Positions 58,778-64,000 of a stretch of 64,000 bases of DNA are shown here, piece after piece (positions within the stretch are counted from its first letter, which is position 1; every line of letters begins with the position of its first letter). Source of the DNA: Candidatus Saccharimonadota bacterium (GTDB lineage: Bacteria > Patescibacteriota > Saccharimonadia > Saccharimonadales > Saccharimonadaceae); contig JAFZBS010000007.1 of the NCBI GenBank assembly GCA_017561575.1, positions 15,857 through 79,856 of the forward strand, read 5' to 3'. Made by a program: the position numbers and the translations under genes. Below the pieces are notes generated by a model. It was not told the DNA's origin and searched no databases. It saw only the letters and a program-made list of their open reading frames with translations.

Positions 58778-60012
58778 TGCGAATTGTAATTGCTACAGCA
58801 GTATATCACCCAATGATAAACGGTGTGGCGGTGTTTTCGCATAATTTAGCAATGGGGCTAGCGAGGCGGGGAAATGAAGTTTTGGTGATTTGCCCTTCGC
58901 AAAATGGGAAAAATTATACTGAAGTACAGGATGGGGTAAAAGTTTGTTATTTGAAATCGATACAGGTTAAGGTATATCCGGATCAGATTCACGCGACGAA
59001 TAAACGAAAGAAGTGGCAGATTTGGTATAAGCATGGGTTTAGGGTTTCAGTTTTTCCGAAGATTGAAGTAAAAAAGATTCTAGATGATTTTAAACCCGAC
59101 GTGGTACATGTGCAGGTGTCTGATCCAATTGGCTTGTCCGTGGTGTCATATGCTCGAAAAAATGGCATACCAGTTGTAACAACCGAACATAATCAGCCCG
59201 AGGTTTTGACGGAGCCTTTGCATGTGCCTGGCGTAGTAAAAAAACCAGTTGATGCTTTGCTCAGTGCGTATTTTGCTAATCGGCAGAGTAAAAGTGATTT
59301 CGTGACGATGCCAACCAAGCAGGCGATTTTTCGGTTGCTGGAGGGGCGGGATTTTAAAGTGCCAGTAGCGGCGGTGAGCAATGGTGTGGATTTGTCAGCT
59401 TTTAAACCCGGAAAAGTGGCGATTTCAACATATGAAAAATATGGTATATCACCTAATCAGCCAATTGTTTTATATGTGGGGAGAGTAGACCCGGAGAAAA
59501 AAGTCGGTGTAGTGATTGAAGCGTTTGCTCGGGTGCACGGGGAGGTGCCAAATGCGTTAATGCTTGTCGTGGGTGACGGAGTGGATAAGACGCGACTTAT
59601 CGCCATGGTGAAAAAGATGAAACTTGATGATTCGGTGAAGTTTTTAGGCAGAATTGTGCCACCAGAATTGTATGAAATATATAGGATGGGAACGGTTTTT
59701 GCGACGGCATCGGAAATTGAAACGCAAGGGATTGTCCTGATTGAAGCGGCAGCATCGGGACTTCCCTTAATTGCAGTGGATAAAGGTGCGGTTAGCGAGA
59801 TTTGTGTGACTGGGAAAAATGGGTTTTTGTGTGAACCTGGGGATGTTTCGGAAATTGCGGAGGCGATGGGAAAACTCTTAACTGATAAAAAGTTGCAAAA
59901 AGAATATGCCGAGACTTCTATAAAACTGGCACATGAGCACGATTTTGAAAAGACGTTAGATAAGTTTTTGAATATTTATCAAAAAGTAGTAAAAGATAAA
60001 AAGAAGACATGA
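58777..60012 (+). CDS. GT4 family glycosyltransferase
   Basis: NGVA, NGVD, YVGRV..EK and ETQGIVLIEA.ASG.P. Confidence 0.92.
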   Translation: MRIVIATAVYHPMINGVAVFSHNLAMGLARRGNEVLVICPSQNGKNYTEVQDGVKVCYLKSIQVKVYPDQIHATNKRKKWQIWYKHGFRVSVFPKIEVKKILDDFKPDVVHVQVSDPIGLSVVSYARKNGIPVVTTEHNQPEVLTEPLHVPGVVKKPVDALLSAYFANRQSKSDFVTMPTKQAIFRLLEGRDFKVPVAAVSNGVDLSAFKPGKVAISTYEKYGISPNQPIVLYVGRVDPEKKVGVVIEAFARVHGEVPNALMLVVGDGVDKTRLIAMVKKMKLDDSVKFLGRIVPPELYEIYRMGTVFATASEIETQGIVLIEAAASGLPLIAVDKGAVSEICVTGKNGFLCEPGDVSEIAEAMGKLLTDKKLQKEYAETSIKLAHEHDFEKTLDKFLNIYQKVVKDKKKT

Positions 60013-60058
60013 AAAACGGGCGTTTCCTTTAGGGAAGCGCCCGTTTAGGGGGAGGGGT

Positions 60059-60682
60059 TTAATCTTGCCAGGCGATCTCATTATACTTGGTTGCCTTTTC
60101 TTGGATTCGGATTTTCTCATTGGTGAGATCCTCCAAATCCTCCATGAGGTCGCCCAGGTCACGGTCGTAGGCCTCGACCATGCCCATTGAGCTTTGCCTG
60201 GCAAGCCAGGCGAATCCGGCAGCGAATGCGATGCCACCGAGCAAGTAGATAATCGCCGCGGCAAACGTGCCGAACGGCGTCACGGTCGGACCGTGCCATT
60301 CGAGCACAAAGAGCACTGCTGTCAGGATTCCTACGAAGAATCCGATGATTGCGTAGATGAGCATGTGCTCGCCTACGGTACGCTTAAAGAAGTTTTGACG
60401 CTTCTTCAGGCGCTGGCGTTTGGCGCGAAGTCTCTGGATTTCGGCCGAGATTTCTTCGGCCTTTTGTTCGGCCGCACGAGCCTTGTTGATATACTCGGCA
60501 CGTGAGGCTTGACGGATGTTCTCGATGACTTCGTCGAAATAGTCGTCACCCGTTTTGACCGGGGGAATGACCATTTCGACTTCGGAGTATTCCTGCTCTT
60601 CGCAGGAGGGGGTCGCGGGGGTCTTTTTGCCGTATTTGACGCCGGCAATGTACTTACCGTCTTCGCTTACGAAAAGTTTCAT
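60059..60682 (-). CDS. Hypothetical two-TM coiled-coil protein, GC-rich
   Basis: SD GGAGG and its own minus-strand TTGACT-17-TATAAT promoter at ~60743-60771. Confidence 0.7.
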   Translation of the reverse strand: MKLFVSEDGKYIAGVKYGKKTPATPSCEEQEYSEVEMVIPPVKTGDDYFDEVIENIRQASRAEYINKARAAEQKAEEISAEIQRLRAKRQRLKKRQNFFKRTVGEHMLIYAIIGFFVGILTAVLFVLEWHGPTVTPFGTFAAAIIYLLGGIAFAAGFAWLARQSSMGMVEAYDRDLGDLMEDLEDLTNEKIRIQEKATKYNEIAWQD

Positions 60683-60827
60683 GTTATTATCCTCCAAATC
60701 CCTGTTAAGGTACGAATTCTACTTTTTTAGAGTAGTGACCTAATTATAGCACACTTTGCTAAAAAAGTCAATAGTGCTTATGCTTATCAGGGGTAGGTTA
60801 GGGGGAATTATCGATAAAAACTGATAT

Positions 60828-63278
60828 TTAGACGACTAGATTTAAGATATGAGCTTTCTTGACAAAAATGGATTTTTTGATGCCACTATTAGTATATTTG
60901 GCGACTTTTTCGTCAGAGAGAGCCAGAGAGGTGATTTTTGCTTCATCTTCTAAATCATCAACAGAAACAGCGATTTTGGCGCGAAGTTTGCCGTTGATTT
61001 GGACAATTAATTCAACGGTATCAGCGGTGAGATATTTGTCATCCCAGGTAGGCCATTCATCGCTCGCGCCCAGTTTTTCGAGCATTTCAGATGCGAGATG
61101 AGGGGCAAAAGGTTTCAAAAGCTTGGCAAGTGTAGTCAAATCTTCTTTTTCAGCGCCGTTTTTGTAGAGCTCGTTGACGTATTCCATCAAGGCAGCGACA
61201 GCTGTGTTGAATTGGCTTTTATAAATATCAGTGGTGACTTTTTTGATGGTTTTGTGCCTACATGATTTTGAAAAACCGTCTTTCTCGGGACGCTCCTCGC
61301 GCCCGTCTTTACGGGGCTCGTCGCTGAGTCCTCGTAGCGACTGCGGATTCCCCTCGAAAGAGGTATTTTCAAAATCACTGTTAAACACTAAATTGTAACA
61401 ACGGTTTAAGAAACGGTAAACGCCACCGACGGAACGGGGGTCCCAGGCGGCGTCGAGCTCGACGGGACCGATGAACATTTCGTAGGTGCGGAGGGTATCG
61501 GCGCCGTAACCGTCATTAATGACGTCGAGCGGGTCGATAACGTTGCCTTTGCTTTTGCTCATCTTTTTACCATCAGGGGCATTGATGTAGCCGTGATAGA
61601 TGAGTTTTTTGATTGGTTCGCGGAAGGGTAAAAGTCCTAGGTCGGCAAAGAATTTGCACCAGAAACGAATATATAGCAGATGAGCAACGGCGTGATCGGC
61701 ACCAACGTAAATGTCGATAGGCTCCCAATATTTAACAGCTTTTTCGTCCCAGGCGTGTTTTTTGTCGTGTGGTGAGGCGTAGCGCCAGAGATACCAGGAT
61801 GAGCAAGCATAGCCATCAAGGGTGTCGGTTTCGCGAGTCATTTCTTCACCATCTATAGTAACTTTGAGCCAGTCTTTGGCTTTGGCGAGGGCAGAATGAC
61901 CGGATTTATCAGGTTGAAAATCTTTAATTTCAGGTAAGGTGACAGGGAGCTGATCTTCGGGGATTGGGTGCGGATTGCCGTCTTTGTCGTAGGCAATAGG
62001 GATTGGGCAGCCCCAATAGCGTTGGCGAGAAATCAGCCAGTCGCGCATTTTGTAAGTGGTTTTTGGTGTGCCATAGAGGTCGCGGTCGACAAGCTTTGCT
62101 TCAATAATTGGGAGATTAAACTTTTCGGCAAATTCGCGGTCGCGGTCATCGTAAGCAGGAACCGCCATAATAGCACCAGTACCATAGCCCGCAAGGACAT
62201 AATCAGCGACGTAGATTGGGATTTTTTCTTTTGTAGCAGGGTTGATGGCGTAGGAACCGGTAAAGACGCCAGTCTTTTCTTTGTTTTCTTGGCGTTCAAT
62301 TTCGGATTTTTTGAGAGCGGATTTTTTGTAATCTAAAACGGCGTCGCGAGTATCGTCCGTGATTAAATAATCTAGGCCAGGATATTCTGGGGCGACAACA
62401 AGGAAGGTGGCGCCAAGAATGGTGTCGGGTCGAGTAGTGAAGACCTTGACTGAATGGTAGCTGGATTGGTTCTCTCTCGACCTCGCTCGTTCGCGCCCGT
62501 CGTTACGGGGCTCACTCGCTTCGCTCGGGTCGTTACCCTCGCGGGACACGGTCTCTAGAGAACCAATTCCAGCTACCTTGAAGTCAATTTCGGCGCCGAC
62601 GGAGCGGCCGATCCAATTCTTTTGCATAGTTTTGATTTTGTCGGGCCAGTCGAGGGAGTCGATTTCGTCGAGTAATTCATCGGCATATTCGGTGATTTTG
62701 AAAAACCATTGTTTCATCTTCTTTTTTTCGACTTCGTGGCCGCAACGCCAGCAGTGGCCGTTTTCTACTTGTTCGTTAGCTAGAACGGTCTGATCTTCTG
62801 GGCACCACCATTGGTAGGATTCTTTTTGGTAGGCGAGGCCTTTTTTGTAAAGCTGTAAAAAGCACCACTGGGTCCATTTGTAGTATTCTGGGTCAGAAGT
62901 GTTGATTTCGCGTGACCAGTCAACGGCGTAGCCTAAGCGTTTGGCTTGTTTGCGGAAATTATCGATATTTTGTTTTGTGATTTCTTGTGGTGCGGTACTA
63001 GTCTTGATTGCGTAGTTTTCGGCGGGAAGACCAAAAGTGTCGTAGCCGAATGGACGCATCACATTTAGGCCTTGTTGGCGATAGAAACGAGCCAGTACAT
63101 CAACAATGGTGAAGTTGCGGACGTGACCAACGTGAAGGCCGGCGCCAGATGGATATGGGAACATCTCGGCTATAAATAGCTTTGGGGTGTCTTTTTTTTC
63201 GGTTGCCTTGAAGGCATTGGTTTCATCCCAGATTTTTTGCCATTTTGCTTCGATTTTGAGTGGTTCGTATCTATCCAT
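60828..63278 (-). CDS. leuS: Leucyl-tRNA synthetase with two in-frame palindromic insertions
   Basis: MFPYPSG.GLHVGH, FTTRPDT, DWLISRQRYWG.P and KMSKS. Confidence 0.97.
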   Translation of the reverse strand: MDRYEPLKIEAKWQKIWDETNAFKATEKKDTPKLFIAEMFPYPSGAGLHVGHVRNFTIVDVLARFYRQQGLNVMRPFGYDTFGLPAENYAIKTSTAPQEITKQNIDNFRKQAKRLGYAVDWSREINTSDPEYYKWTQWCFLQLYKKGLAYQKESYQWWCPEDQTVLANEQVENGHCWRCGHEVEKKKMKQWFFKITEYADELLDEIDSLDWPDKIKTMQKNWIGRSVGAEIDFKVAGIGSLETVSREGNDPSEASEPRNDGRERARSRENQSSYHSVKVFTTRPDTILGATFLVVAPEYPGLDYLITDDTRDAVLDYKKSALKKSEIERQENKEKTGVFTGSYAINPATKEKIPIYVADYVLAGYGTGAIMAVPAYDDRDREFAEKFNLPIIEAKLVDRDLYGTPKTTYKMRDWLISRQRYWGCPIPIAYDKDGNPHPIPEDQLPVTLPEIKDFQPDKSGHSALAKAKDWLKVTIDGEEMTRETDTLDGYACSSWYLWRYASPHDKKHAWDEKAVKYWEPIDIYVGADHAVAHLLYIRFWCKFFADLGLLPFREPIKKLIYHGYINAPDGKKMSKSKGNVIDPLDVINDGYGADTLRTYEMFIGPVELDAAWDPRSVGGVYRFLNRCYNLVFNSDFENTSFEGNPQSLRGLSDEPRKDGREERPEKDGFSKSCRHKTIKKVTTDIYKSQFNTAVAALMEYVNELYKNGAEKEDLTTLAKLLKPFAPHLASEMLEKLGASDEWPTWDDKYLTADTVELIVQINGKLRAKIAVSVDDLEDEAKITSLALSDEKVAKYTNSGIKKSIFVKKAHILNLVV
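61263..61377 (-). repeat. In-frame palindromic element, copy 3 (leuS, 3' part)
   Basis: Plus-strand arms TGATTTTGAAAAACCGTCTTTC / GAAAGAGGTATTTTCAAAATCA; minus-strand core GAGCCCCGTAAAGACGGGCGCGA at 61297-61319 (22/23 match). Confidence 0.85.
62456..62577 (-). repeat. In-frame palindromic element, copy 2 (leuS, start of CP1 region)
   Basis: Plus-strand arms GGTAGCTGGATTGGTTCTCT / AGAGAACCAATTCCAGCTACC; core at 62491-62513 identical (23/23) to the dus copy. Confidence 0.88.
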
Positions 63279-63332
63279 AATAGATAAATTATAGTATATT
63301 TTGCGAGGAAAAGCAAGAAAAACTAGAAAGGT

Positions 63333-63830
63333 CTAATTGTGAAGTTTTAGGTTGATTATTAGATTGCCCTGACGGAGGATTTGTGGATTATTCGGATTGG
63401 TAAAATCAATGATTGTGGATGGTTTGTGACCGGTGATTGATTTTGGCGTACCACCGCGCGGATTGGCGGAGGTAAGAATTAAAGCGCCGTTTTCTTTGAG
63501 AAGTTTTGGGAATAACGGATGATTTGGGATGCGAATGCCGATGGTATCGAAATGGTCGTAATAAAAATGGTGAAAATCTGGATTTTTTTGAAGAATTAAG
63601 GTGAGCTCGCCTGGAATAAATTGGTCAATCAGTGCCTTAGCGGCACTAGGAATGATGGCGTATTTTGGGATAGCTTCTTTTGATTCTGGGACAAGAGTAA
63701 AAATTTTGCCGGAATCAAAACCACGGTCTTTTAGCTTCATTAAGTCGGAGATACCTTGCTTTGAGCTGAGGGCTACGGCATATCCTTCGACGGTCTCCGT
63801 AGGCACTTTCTTTACAGTTTGCAAATTCAT
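63333..63830 (-). CDS. Sua5/YrdC (TsaC) threonylcarbamoyl-AMP synthase family protein
   Basis: PTETV.G, PGELTLIL, GIRIP.H, TSAN, PSTIID and LRQG. Confidence 0.88.
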   Translation of the reverse strand: MNLQTVKKVPTETVEGYAVALSSKQGISDLMKLKDRGFDSGKIFTLVPESKEAIPKYAIIPSAAKALIDQFIPGELTLILQKNPDFHHFYYDHFDTIGIRIPNHPLFPKLLKENGALILTSANPRGGTPKSITGHKPSTIIDFTNPNNPQILRQGNLIINLKLHN

Positions 63831-63853
63831 GAAATATATTGTATCATATTTTT

Positions 63854-64000
63854 ATGGAAATCATAGTCGTGATGCACAATATCCGGTCTTGCTATAATGT
63901 GGGTGCAATTCTTAGAACCTGCGAGGGCTTTGGTGTGTCAAAGGTTTTTTTGTCTGGCTATACCCCAAGAATTCATGACAGAAAATTGCTGCCGCATTTG
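63854..64000 (+). CDS. SpoU/TrmH family RNA methyltransferase, truncated by the window end
   Basis: MEIIVVMHNIRSCYNVGAILRTCEGFGV...LSGYTP. Confidence 0.85.
   Translation, partial: MEIIVVMHNIRSCYNVGAILRTCEGFGVSKVFLSGYTPRIHDRKLLPHL

Noticed and set aside
62456-62577. In-frame inserts as inteins or group I/II introns
   Set aside because: Far too short, with no intein terminal residues and no intron core motifs.

Overview
This is a core-chromosome window from a low-GC bacterium. Its gene content suggests Patescibacteria/Saccharibacteria (inference): compact genes, no L30 between S5 and L15, LDH, and many membrane or surface proteins. Housekeeping genes include tRNAs, hisS, serS, secA, murD, prfB, the S10/spc ribosomal cluster, metG, pheST, ftsEX and leuS. 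Main highlights: (1) a complete diversity-generating retroelement at 1810-6204, with 22 VR/TR mismatches all at TR adenines, and avd-RT encoded antisense to the TR and overlapping it; (2) a family of ~115-122 bp palindromic elements inserted in frame into dus and twice into leuS, sharing a 23-bp core while their paired outer stems differ in sequence; (3) a candidate type I toxin-antitoxin or leader-peptide locus upstream of murD; (4) several unannotated structured RNAs; (5) pervasive leaderless-type promoters; (6) a ribosomal cluster lacking L29 and split by two PxTG-tailed surface-protein genes. All calls come from reading the sequence by eye; no database searches or folding programs were run.
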